DNA from: Macrostomum hystrix
Lineage: Eukaryota; Animalia; Platyhelminthes
Length of the DNA: 64,000 nt
Direction: 5' to 3'
NCBI GenBank assembly: GCA_950097015.1
Contig: CATNEN010000033.1
Span: 1,116,001 to 1,180,000 of the forward strand
Of this stretch, positions 11,701 to 23,700 are shown piece by piece. A program made the translations under genes and the position numbers. The notes beneath the pieces are model-generated. The model saw nothing but the letters and a program-made list of their open reading frames with translations. It was not told the origin of the DNA and ran no database searches. Within the stretch, counting starts at the first letter, position 1. Each line of letters opens with the position of its first letter.

Positions 11701-14700
11701 ACCATGCTCAGCAGGGACGCCAACGCCATGCGGCGCGCCGAGGCGGCCGCTGCCGCTGCAGCCGCAGCCGCCGCCGCCGCCGCAGCCACCGCTGTAAACA
11801 GCGATGACCCAGCGTTGGTGCCCCTGAACTGGCAACACCTGAGCTCAGAATGAGCACGAATTTCTGGTGTCTGCAAATCAAAACTGTTGCTTTTCTCTGA
11901 AAACCTTTAATTGATGATTTTTGTGACGAGATTGAGAAGGGCTGAACTGAGTTTCCTATTTAATATATAATTTAAGCTTTTTTAATTTTGCGCGAGTCGC
12001 TTTACGCTCCAAATCCACGCCACTCCGTGTTCGATGGCGTGGCGCTGAACAACAAGCACTATAAATAGCACCTGCTCGTCCATAATGCTATTACTCTTGC
12101 GCTTAGAAACAGTTTCTATGCAACATTAGCAATCATGGGATGCCTATCATTTGCTTGCGTGTCCCTTCTCTCTCTGTCTCTGAGCCATCTGCGTCACTGT
12201 GAATCGTCCGTCTGTATAATCGCAATGTTTATTGGTCCAGTTTGTTGTCTGTCTAAAGGCTGAAATTAGAGATTGCCCAACCGTGTACATTGACTGTGTC
12301 AGGAATACATTTCTAATAAAATAATCCCAAACGTTAACTAGCTTGTTAGTCGACCGTGAAAACTTTTCAATTTTTGCAAACTTTTATGCTTTATTTTTAA
12401 ACAAACTTCAGACAGGAAGACTCTCATAAAATTCAAGAAGTCCAGCATTGCACAATGTCCGTTGCAGTGAAGAATGCTGAGCTCAGTGTAGTGCTTTGCG
12501 CGTTCTGTTCAGAGTGCTCAGATGACTGCTCAGGGGAGTGCTCAGAAGACTGCTCAGAGGAGTACTCAGAAGACTGCTCAGAGGAGTACTCAGAAGACTG
12601 CTCGGGGGAGTATTAGGAATACTGCTCAAGGGTCGATGAAATGGGCCGAACAGAGCATTCATGCCGTATGTCCGACGTAGCTGTGAGACAGTGTCACCTT
12701 AGGCCCCGGGCACTTCTGCAGCCCCTGCTAGCAGCTAACCAATTTGAGCAGTTTTCCTTTTTCAATACGCACACCATGTCACTCGTAAACAAGAAGGAAA
12801 TAAAAGGAAGAAAAATTAGGAAATTAGCCGCCACACATTTCTTGAGCAATTCCTGCTGAGCGGCCGGTCGAAATCTAGGCGAATTTCGTTGCGGCATCAG
12901 GCCGGAGGATAAGCATGAAATAAATTGCGGCAAAGTCGCATCTCGTCTAGCTAAGCCGAGAGGGCGGGCAGCTAAGCCGCAGACGATGATGGAGCGGGCG
13001 CTGCCCGCCCCAGATGGGAGATTTCTGAGGATTTGGGATTTTGTAGACTGAGTGGCCAACAAAAAGCGTTCAAAGCCTCGTGGGGACTCGTCTGTGTGTC
13101 AGTGTCCGCCATGCGCTAAAAGTACCGAACAGGCTAATGCGTCTCGGGCCAAGGCTAGCGGAGCTGGTGAGAATGATTTCCAGGCTCGATTCGGGCCCTG
13201 ACAAGTGACATTTGTTGTGATTTGAAAACTGCAAAATCATCAAGTGTCACATTTTTGCCATTCCGCTGAACCCTGAGAACGCACACCGGCCATGCGGGTT
13301 GGCAGGACCACCTTCTCTCCATGGCTGCACAGCACATTAAATGGGCATGAGAATCGGACTCTAGCTCTCAGGTGCGCGTCAAGGGTAGACAGCTCGAGCA
13401 ACTATCCCAGTATTTTACATTGCGTAATGCCTCGTCATCTAATTAGTGCTTCTAACAAGTCGAAAACTCACCTCGCGCTTGACAGCGCCGCTCTTCTCCC
13501 TCACAGCCGAGACCACCTCAGCCAGCTTGTCGTCGAACTGCGCCTCCCGTTGGAAGTTGATGTACACCAGGCCGGAGAGGCGAGCGCCCAGGGCCGTCTG
13601 CTGCCACTCCTTGCCGTTGCCGACAAGTCCAAGGACGAACGGCTTGTTCAGGTGCTCCGTAGCCAGCGACAGGTGCTGCGAGCACGGCTCCGAGAGGACG
13701 AACTCGTTCGATATGAGGCACAGGCAGCAGCCGGACTGCTGCAGCAGCGACATGCTCTCGGACAGACTGCGGTCCTCCGCGCCCACTTCGTCGGAGAGTC
13801 GCTGGCTGAAAGAGTCGGCGGAGAAGTGCTGCAGCTAAATCGACGTGGATAAAACTAAAGGGAATTCTGATTTCCAGGAGTCGTTAGATTTCGCAACCAA
13901 ATTAAACCACGAGTAGAGATTGTGCCACCTGCGCTTGCCTCATGCTGGGCAGCTGGCACTGCAAAGTTGCTGGTTAGACCCAGCCCAGCCAGACCCAGCT
14001 GAGAGGGCTTAAGTAGAGGAAAATGCATTTCTGCCCTGCTCAGCGAAACAGTTATGGATGAGCCTCGACTAGAAAACACGGCTCTTATAGTGCAAGGTCA
14101 GCAACACAGGAAAATTGGTGCTTCACTCAACCTACTGATCTCAGCCTGAGGATCTGAGCAGCCTGAGGATCTGAGCAGCTCTTAAAATCCATAGTCACAA
14201 GCATTAGAAGAGTGAATTCAACAAAAGTGTACGACAGCCCATACATATCATGTCATGTACTGTTAACATGTTCAACTGTTCAACTGACGTTTTGACAACC
14301 AGGTAAGAGCGGGCAATCGAAGTCAAGTAGCAGGAAAATGAAAAAAATTAAATGCATCTTAAGTCGCTCATGGGTTTTGGGCTATCCAAAGCATCGCGTA
14401 GCAACTAGCCGGTCTAGAGCCTCTAAAAAGCCCCGCTTAATTAGAGCAAGGAGACTACGGCGGGAAACTGTAAGAAGCTGAAAGAGAAGGAAAGCGAGAC
14501 AGAGACAGACCGACTGAGTGAAGGGCGCGGGCTGATTACCGCTGATTCCCAGCTGATTCCCAGCATCCGGCTGCGGAACTAGAGCCCCGACCTCCCCACC
14601 ATCATTATCATTAGCGACTCACACTGACAGACCCGCTGACTCCAGGCTCGCCTGTATCCTGTCAATGATGCCGCCGCCAGTCCGGTTGGCCGAGCAGAAG

Positions 14701-17700
14701 ATCAGGGTGACGTCGTGTACAAGGTCAAGCCTGGCCGCTGACAGGTCGTTCACTGATCGCTCAAAGTGCAGCTCGAAGTCCGCTGGCGACTCTGGCGGCA
14801 TCACGGCTGTCGGTTGGGGCGGGGAGAAATGAGAATCGAGATTTCCCGTAGCTTGATGAGGCTGCAATGTCTTTTCTGGCTCCTTCATTAGGCCTTTGGG
14901 CATCGGGTTTGGCCGGCTTGCCCCCTTGAGCTCGGCCCTGTCATTTGACAGTCGAGTCTTAACTCCCACCCAATGCCCCGGGTGAGCTGAGCTGGGCTCA
15001 AAGTGGCGGCTGCATAATTTTAGGATGTATATTCGCATGCATACCTGTATATACCTGGTAAACAATGCTGGTGTTACTGAAATTCTAAATTCTGAATTGA
15101 GAAGCACGCATTTGAGACAGATAATAATTAAAAACAAATTCCAGTTTTGTAACTAAATCGCATGTACAGATAATGAGCATAGAGTGTGCTGGAATTCTAT
15201 CTATATGCGAGCTAAAGTTGAGAGCTGCAATTAAACTTTTGAAAATTCCAAGGATGAGCAGTGATCGACCAGTGAGGATAGATTGAGCTAATAGATGTGC
15301 TAATAGTTGAGCTGAAGGTTGAGCGCTGGTTGAACTAATGGTTGAGCGCTGGTTGAACTAATGGTTGAGCGCTGGTTGAACTAATGGTTGAGCGCTGGTT
15401 GAACTAAAGGTTGAGCGCTGGTTGAACTAAAGGTTGAGCGCTGGTTGAACTAATGGTTGAGCGCTGGTTGAACTAATGGTTGAGCGCTGGCTGAACTAAA
15501 GGTTGAGCGCTGGTTGAACTAATGGTTGAGCGCTGGTTGAACTAATGGTTGAGCGCTGGTTGAACTAATGGTTGAGCTGAATATTGAGCGGTGGTTGAGT
15601 TGAGGCTTGAGCGCTGGTTGAGCTAGAATCTGCTTGCTTAAGAGAGTTAAGATTTCAAGAACAACTAATCGTTGTGCCAAGCCTTGTGCTTACAATAACT
15701 TAGTCGCTGGGGCGAACAACGCCCACGAGTTTGCTGTGGACTTTAGCGAACTGTTGCCTGTAACAGTTGGCTAAATGCTCATTAATATAATCATGTTCTG
15801 ATTCCGTGAGACCGTCGAGGTCAGTTTTTCTCTTGGCACAGTATTAGCAGTTGGCCTAGCAAGGCGACTGCACTAGCGAATTGAAGGAGTGACGCGGCGG
15901 AAGGGTGAAGAGAAAGCAAACTCACCTTGCAGTGTTGGGATGGGAACGCAATGGAACATGGAATGGCACTGCAGGAACAGGGCCCGCATCTCGATGGCTC
16001 TGCGCAGCACCTGGCTGCTGAACATGGCCGGCTCCTGGATTTTCTGCGGAATTGCCGTGAGAAAATCTTAATCGTTACCTAAGGTAGATTATGCTTGTTT
16101 CTTTATTTTGAAATCTGAAATTGAATTTCGATTTGTCACTCGCCTGCCTGACGCAGTCGATGCATGGCACCTCGTAGACATAGGATACTCCGCCAAACGC
16201 TTCGGCGATTAGACCTTCGAACACTTCGTGGATCAGCATCAGCATGTTCTCCGGAGACGAACCCTGGACCTTAACTATGACCGTGCGCTCCCTTAAATAG
16301 AAGATGAGTACGATATAAAAGTACGAAATGGTAGGATATTAAAGTACAAAATAGTAGGATAATAAAGTACACAATGGTAGGATATTAAAGTAAAAAATGG
16401 TAGGATATTAAAGTACGAAATGGTAGGATATTAAAGTACAAAATAGTAGGATAATAAAGTACACAATGGTAGGATATTAAAGTAAAAAATGGTAGGATAT
16501 TAAAGTACAAAATGGTAGGATATTAAAGTACAAAATGGTAGGATATTAAAGTACAAAATGGTAGGATATTAAAGTACAAAAAGGTAGGATATTAAAGTAC
16601 AAAATGGTAGGATATTAAAGTACAAAATTGGGATGACATAAAAGAACGTGGGCAGGAAATTAAAGTACAAAATATAAAACTACAATAGGGGTACGATATT
16701 AAAGTGCAAATTGATAAGACACTAAAGTACAAGATGGGCAGGACAGCGGAGGACTGGGTGGGAATGACACTAAAGGAAAAAGGGTGGAACATTGAAGTAA
16801 AACGTGGGTAGGTCATTGAAGTAGAATGCGGGTAGGAGACTGGATGACAAGGTAGAGCACTCAGGCGAGCACAAGTGGGTGGGTTGCTCACCCCTTCTTA
16901 ACCATGAGAGCCCGATGATCTCCCTTGGACAGCAGTGAGCCACGCTGCCAGATGACCAGGTCGTCAGAGAACTGGCACAGGCGCACCTGGGCCCTATTGA
17001 ACAGGCCGGCGGGCAGGTAATCGAACACGTACTTCATCTTGGCCTCCTGTACCTCGCCCAGAGCGCTGACATCTTCCCATTCGAACTGCGGCTTCTTCTG
17101 CGGCAGGAGGCAGGGCACAACGCTGACGCCGGAGTCAGTCAGCGGGAAGGTCAGGTCGAAGGTCTCGGTGAGGGTCAGGAGCCACTCGTGCAGCTGTGCC
17201 GGGTAGTCCTTCCAGATGCTGTGAATGTCTTCGTGCTTGAACCTGCCCTCCTGCGGGGAGATGTCAATCATTTTGCTTTGTTGAAGGTCCAGGTGGAAAA
17301 CCAGTTAAATGTCCAGGTGGAAAACTAGTTAAAGGTCCAGGTGGAAAACCAGTTAAATGTCCAGGTGGACAATCAGTTAAAGTTCCAGGTGGACAATCAC
17401 TTAAAGGTCCAGGTGGAAAACCAGTTAAATGTCCAGGTGGACAACCAGTTAAACGTCCAGGTGGACAACCAGTTAAAGATCCAGGTGGAAAACCAGTTAA
17501 ATGTCCAGGTGGACAACCAGTTAAAGGTCCAGGTGGAAAACCAGTTAAATGTCCAGGTGGACAACCAGTTAATGGTCCAGGTGGAAAACCAGTTAAATGT
17601 CCAGGTGGACAACCAGTTTTTCATATCAAAACCTGGCAATCAAATTAATGATCTATGTCCTTCTATGGCGTTCTTCTCTGTCTCTGCTTGTTCATACCAA

Positions 17701-20700
17701 CCGCCAGGCTTTCCCGAAGCCATACGAAGGCGACCTTCTCGCGGCTCCGCACTTTGAGCTTCTAAATGGCCCGCACATAAAGCTGGTTGGCCCGCTAATA
17801 GACAGGTGAAATGGTTCGAACTGGTTGCGAACTAATTAAAAATAGTATTGTGCCAGCAAATGACAGCCTCAGCAGTCCGACAGGAGATTTTAAAATAATG
17901 AATATTATTTTTATTCAGGTAGATTCTGGGATTGCTTCCGCCGCTGCCGACCTAATAAAAGATGAAAATTGAGAACTGCGAGAGAAGAGAAGTCTGAGTC
18001 GAGACACTTGAGCCAAGAAAAACAGCAGAAGACGGAGTGCGGGAGAAAGGATTATGAGATGAGAGGCAGGCAGTTTTGGGCCAGCTGTTTTTCCAATATC
18101 CTCCAGCGGTGAGCCCCATCCAGTCGTCCTAACCCGGCCCCCCAGTCCCGGATCCGGCTGGACTAAGTCCGCTCGGCCGCCTGGTGGAAAAGTGAAAGCG
18201 GAGGGCTCTGTTTGACATTCCTTCAGCTTTAAACAGGTGGGCCCGCTGGTCTGGCCTCGCCCCTGGGTGGCCAAATATTTGAGCTTCGGCCAAATCTAAG
18301 CGCCGGTTCGGTTTAAAAACAAGAGGGTTTCCGCTCGCTCTCTGGAGAAAGGACTGACGCTTGAACAATCCTGCTGTGAGTCATCTGGGACCATTTTCAG
18401 TTGGCTTTTAGTGGCCTCACCTTTGAGGGGGCGAGTGGGTCAGCGGCTAACGTCGCTGCCTCGCACTCCAAAGGACGCTAGTTCGATTCACCCTTCAAGT
18501 CACGATTAATTTCGGGACTTGTTGGGAGGTTTGGACAGTAGCGACCGGCGGAGGTGCACCATATATTTCGTGCAATCAAAGCTTGAAATAATAGCTTCGC
18601 TCCTACCTTTCTGTGTGCCTGTTCTGCGTTGTGTGAGTTGTGTGCGTTGGCGCTGGGGCGTGAGACCTTGCGGGGGGTGGCTGGAGGGCGGGTGTACACC
18701 GCCGCGCGCTTTCTGGACTTCCGTCAGCGCGATTGGATAAGTGTACACTCATCACCCGGCCCCCCCTGAGGACTGATTTCTTATCAGCCTTCCGCCCCGG
18801 CTTGGTCTGCTATGTGCGTGTGGGGCTGGGGTGGGGGACACTGCTGCCTTTTCTGGGTGCCTCCTGCCCTCCCCGGCTGGTCTGTGCTGCTGTGTGTGGT
18901 GCCTGCGCAAAAGCGCCTAGTTCGCCGGTCTGGGGGCGTGCCGCTCCGTCGCTTGTGCGACAAGTGCCCCGAGCCCCCCTGCAAATAGATAGATAGATCT
19001 CACCTTAATCACGTGATTGTGCACGGTGACAACACAGGCCATGACGTCAACCAGCCATTGCGGATTGATGATCACAATGTCAAACAGTAGGTCGGAGTCG
19101 AAATGCTGCAGACTGCCCATGTCGTGAAGGAACTGCACGGCCTGCGGCACCTGCAGGTAAAGTAGACAAAGTAAACTCAGTTGACTGAGTAGGCTGAGTA
19201 GACAAAGTAGACAAAGTAGACAAAGTAAAATGATTCAAACAAGTAGATAAAGTAGAAAGCAGGGTAGACTGAGCAGACAAAGTAGACTGTTTAGACTGAG
19301 TAGACAGAATAGATAAATTATAAATTAGACAGAGAAGAAAGATGACAGTAGACAAAGTAGACAAGGTAGGCTGAGTAGACAAAGTAGACAAGGTTGGCTG
19401 AGTAGCGACAGTGGACATAGTAGACAGAGTAGGCAAAGAACGAAATAAGACAAGGGGCACCAATTATAGGCAGAAGGTGCAAATTGACACAGCGAGCCAC
19501 ACCTCGTCGCCGTAGATGCCGTTCTTCTTGCCGAGGCTCACCACCTCGCTCCATTTGAGCAGGCTGGTCGTGCTTCGATTGCTGTTATGGGGCAAAGGAA
19601 AATGTTTAATTTTGCTGTGTCTTTTTACCTTGATAAGTTGCACACCTTTAAGCGCAGCACTCACCTGATTATGGCCTTCTCAAAGTTCAGCCAGGCCTCA
19701 GGAACATGCTCGCCAATGTACGGCTGGCTCAGAGTTGTCTCCAGAATCTGCTTCAGCAACTGCTCAACTCCCTGGTGGAAGTCAGAGTTTCAGTTTGGCC
19801 AAGTTGGACTCATAGAAAGAGAGCTACTTGCTGGAGAGAGTGACGGAAGGAGGAGTGAGGGACGGAGGGAGTGAGGGAAGGAGGAGTGAGGGACGGAGGG
19901 AGTGAGGGAAGGAGGGAGGGAAGGAGGAGTGAGGGACGGAGTGATGGAAGGAGGAGTGAGGGACGGAGGGAGTGAGGGAAGGAGGGAGGGAAGGAGGGAG
20001 TGAGGGAAGGAGTGAGGGAAGGAGGAGTGAGGGACGGAGGGAGAGAGGGAAGAAGTGAGGGAAGGAGGAGTGAGGGAAGGAGTGAGGGAAGGAGTGAGGG
20101 ACGGAGGGAGTGAGGGAAGGAGGGAGGGAAGGAGGGAGTGAGGGAAGGAGTGAGGGAAGGAGGAGTGAGGGAAGGAGGAGTGAGGGAAGAAGTGAGGGAA
20201 GGAGGAGTGAGGGAAGGAGTGAGGGAAGGAGTGAGGGACGGAGGGAGTGAGGGAAGGAGGGAGAGAGCGAAGAAGTGAGGGAAGGAGGAGTGAGGGAAGG
20301 AGTGAGGGAAGAAGTGAGGGAAGGAGGAGTGAGGGAAGGAGTGAGGGAAGGAGTGAGGGACGGAGGGAGTGAGGGAAGGAGGGAGGGAAGGAGGGAGTGA
20401 GGGAAGGAGTGAGGGAAGGAGTGAGGGACGGAGGGAGAGAGGGAAGAAGTGAGGGAAGGAGGAGTGAGGGAAGGAGTGAGGGAAGGAGTGAGGGACGGAG
20501 GGAGTGAGGGAAGGAGGGAGGGAAGGAGGGAGTGAGGGAAGGAGTGAGGGAAGGAGGAGTGAGGGAAGGAGGAGTGAGGGAAGAAGTGAGGGAAGGAGGA
20601 GTGAGGGAAGGAGTGAGGGAAGGAGTGAGGGACGGAGGGAGTGAGGGAAGGAGGGAGAGAGGGAAGAAGTGAGGGAAGGAGGAGTGAGGGAAGGAGTGAG

Positions 20701-23700
20701 GGAAGGAGTGAGGGAAGGAGTGAGGGAAGGAGTGAGGGAAGGAGGAGTGAGGGAAGGGAGGAGTGAGGGAAGGAGGAGTGAGGGAAGGAGGAGTGAGGGA
20801 AGGAGGAGTGAGGGAAGGAGGAGTAAGGGAAGGAGGAGTGAGGGAAGGAGGAGTGAGGGAAGGAGGAGTAAGGGAAGGAGGAGTGAGGGAAGGAGGGAGG
20901 GAAGGAGGAGTGAGGGACGGAGGGAGTGAGGGAAGGAGTGAGGGAAGGAGGAGTGAGGGACGGAGTGACGGAAGGAGGAGTGAGGGACGGAGGGAGTGAG
21001 GGAAGGAGGGAGAGGGAAGAAGTGAGGGAAGGAGGAGTGAGGGAAGGAGTGAGGGAAGGAGTGAGGGAAGGAGTGAGGGAAGGAGTGAGGAAAGGAGGAG
21101 TAAGGGAAGGGAGGAGTGAGGGAAGGAGGAGTGAGGGAAGGAGGAGTGAGGGAAGGAGTGAGGGAAGGAGGAGTGAGGGAAGGAGGAGTGAGGGAGGAGT
21201 AGTGAGGGAAGGAGGTGTGAGGGAAGGAGGAGTGAGGGAAAGTGTGTGTAAAATCAGCTATGTGCTGACAGATGAGGACTAAATTTATGATTTTGTCTGT
21301 GGAAGGACATTAGGGGCCTGGCTCCAGGTGTTAATGTGATTCTAGATGGCAGAGCCAGCGAGTCAGCGGAGTCCCTGGAGCAGCTTTTATCGGCCTGTCT
21401 GCATATCTTAGACTGGGCTAGCAGAACCAGCAATTCATATTCGCACAAAAATTGGTTCAAAGTCCAGTAAAAGTGGTTCCCGAGATAGTCCACCAACTGG
21501 TCTCCGGGGGGTTGGGAGAAAAATATGAGATGGGGATGTTTGCGAATGGGAACAATAATTGCGCCATTTCGGTCTTTTTTTATCGTTGGCAAGCTGAGAG
21601 CAACACGTCTCAGAGCTGTGCTGGCGGATATTTTATTCATAAGCGGTCAATCGAACTGCTCTAATGGTCCGGTGGGGCAACGAGTTTCATAGTCGCAGCG
21701 GGAAAGTAAACAAGCATGCCCCCCATGCTCTCTCGCACGGTGTCTGCGAAGTAACCGGATATCAAGGCGAGATGGACGACTGCGAGCTCCGGCCGACTTG
21801 ACAATCATAGTTTTCAGGAATTGGAACGGGAGCAGCTGCCGCTTGGAGACCAAAGGGCAACTTGAAAACCTGAGAGCGACTCGCCATTTTTAGCACGGGA
21901 TTAGGACGCCCAGAAAATTGAATATTAATTTAATGAAGCGTCGAAAGGTCAGACGAAAAATGGGCAGCTTAAAACTAGAAGACAGTCTTCAGCGAGACGG
22001 AATTCGTTAGAGTTTTTGGAGATAATTGGACAGCCATCATCGACAGACTGTCCACAACGAGGACCATCCTGACTGTAAGCAGCGTCATTTTTATAACTAT
22101 TATATCCCCTCTACCTCCTCAGAAAGGAGGATTTCGACTAGTAATCACTAGATCATTCTTAGCAGTTAGGTGACAAGCAGGTAAACAATAAGAATTTCTA
22201 TTATGACTATTAATTTGCAGGAGGGTTTTGGGCAAGGGTACATCATTTGGCGATGACTGTAGACCCGCTAGACAATTCTGACTCCTAAGCACACAGGCGC
22301 ACTGTACGCAGGCACACGCTCCACAGGTGTGTACACCTGCTTTGACTTTCTCATCGTCAGGCAGTGTACACTCTCACTGTGCCTTGGAGGTTGGAGGTTG
22401 TAAATTGCACGACAAGCCCCTAAGCCTTCTCTCCGCGGCTGCGCCCCAATAAATGTGGCCAAAAATTGCGTGTCATTGTTCTGCACTTCAGTCAGATTCA
22501 AGAGACCAGAAAGATCCTATTGAAAAAAATTAATAATTAATCCCAGATTCGACCCCGGAACTGTCAGGCAGCGAGTTTCCGCCCGCTCGGTGACAAACTG
22601 CTTTCATTGTGCGGCCTTCCGTTGGGGTTGGGGAAGCCCCAGCGGCGGAGAGGCGCCGGCGATGTTCTAAAAATAGAAACAGACCCGGCTTGCGTGACTC
22701 CGCAACAATTCTGCCGCTAAAATGTCGACAGTCACCTGCCGCCTTCGCCATTCTCAATCATTTTTTGTTCTGCCTCGCTTTGCTTTGCTAAGCCAATTTT
22801 TTCCATAAATGTTTTTTAGACCGTGGCCATATTTTTCATTTCCAGTTCAACAGACTGGCCGTCTGCTAGTGCTTTACGATTCTAAAACCGTGTGTGCTTG
22901 AAAATGCCTGGGACCTGTTTTGACCCCTTCCTACGCTTGTTCCTCAGTCCGTCCGTCTGTTATTCTGTCTGTCTGTGCTGGGTGTCTGTCTGTGCTGGGT
23001 GTCTGTCTGTGCTGGGTGTCTGTCTGTGCTGGGTGTCTGTCTGTGCTGGGTGTCTGTCTGTGCTGGGTGTCTGTCTGTGCTGGGTGTCTGTCTGTGCTGG
23101 GTGTCTGTCTATCTGTCTGTGCTGGGTGTCTGTCTGTGCTGGGTGCCTGTCTGTCTGTGCTGGGTGTCTGTCTGTGCTGGGTGTCTGTCTGTCTGTCTGT
23201 GCTGGGTGTCTGTCCGTTTGTCTGTGCTGGGTGTCTGTCCGTTTGTCTGTGCTGGGTGTCTGTCCGTTTGTCTGTGCTGGGTGTCTGTCCGTTTGTCTGT
23301 GCTGGGTGTCTGTCCGTTTGTCTGTGCTGGGTGTCTGTCCGTTTGTCTGTGCTGGGTGTCTGTCTGTCTGTCTTTCTGTCTCTCCTATCCCAGCAGCAGC
23401 AAAACTGTCTATCCTAAATCCCTAACCTTGCTTTCGCTGCAAGAAACAGTCGCCGCTTTTCGATTTTTTCAATAGTGCATGCTGACTCGCTGCACTGCGG
23501 GTCGTGTTACCTACTGAGTGTGGGAAGGAGCCCCAAGGCCTCACAAATATTCTCCCAACTCCATATAAGAGCTCAAATAAGAGCTCAAATGACGCGACCT
23601 GTTCCCATAGCTGAGAAGTGAATCAAATTTGATGAAAACAATAAAGCTAATGGGAACTGGGGCGGAGTGTGACGCACTGGAGTCTCAATTTATTTCATCA

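Noticed and set aside
18427-18500. Possible tRNA genes (also 5500-5565, 8890-8960, 35267-35335, 36470-36535, 57390-57460)
   Set aside because: A/B boxes are present, but each head continues into a shared non-tRNA body with a tail or TSD; these are SINE heads.
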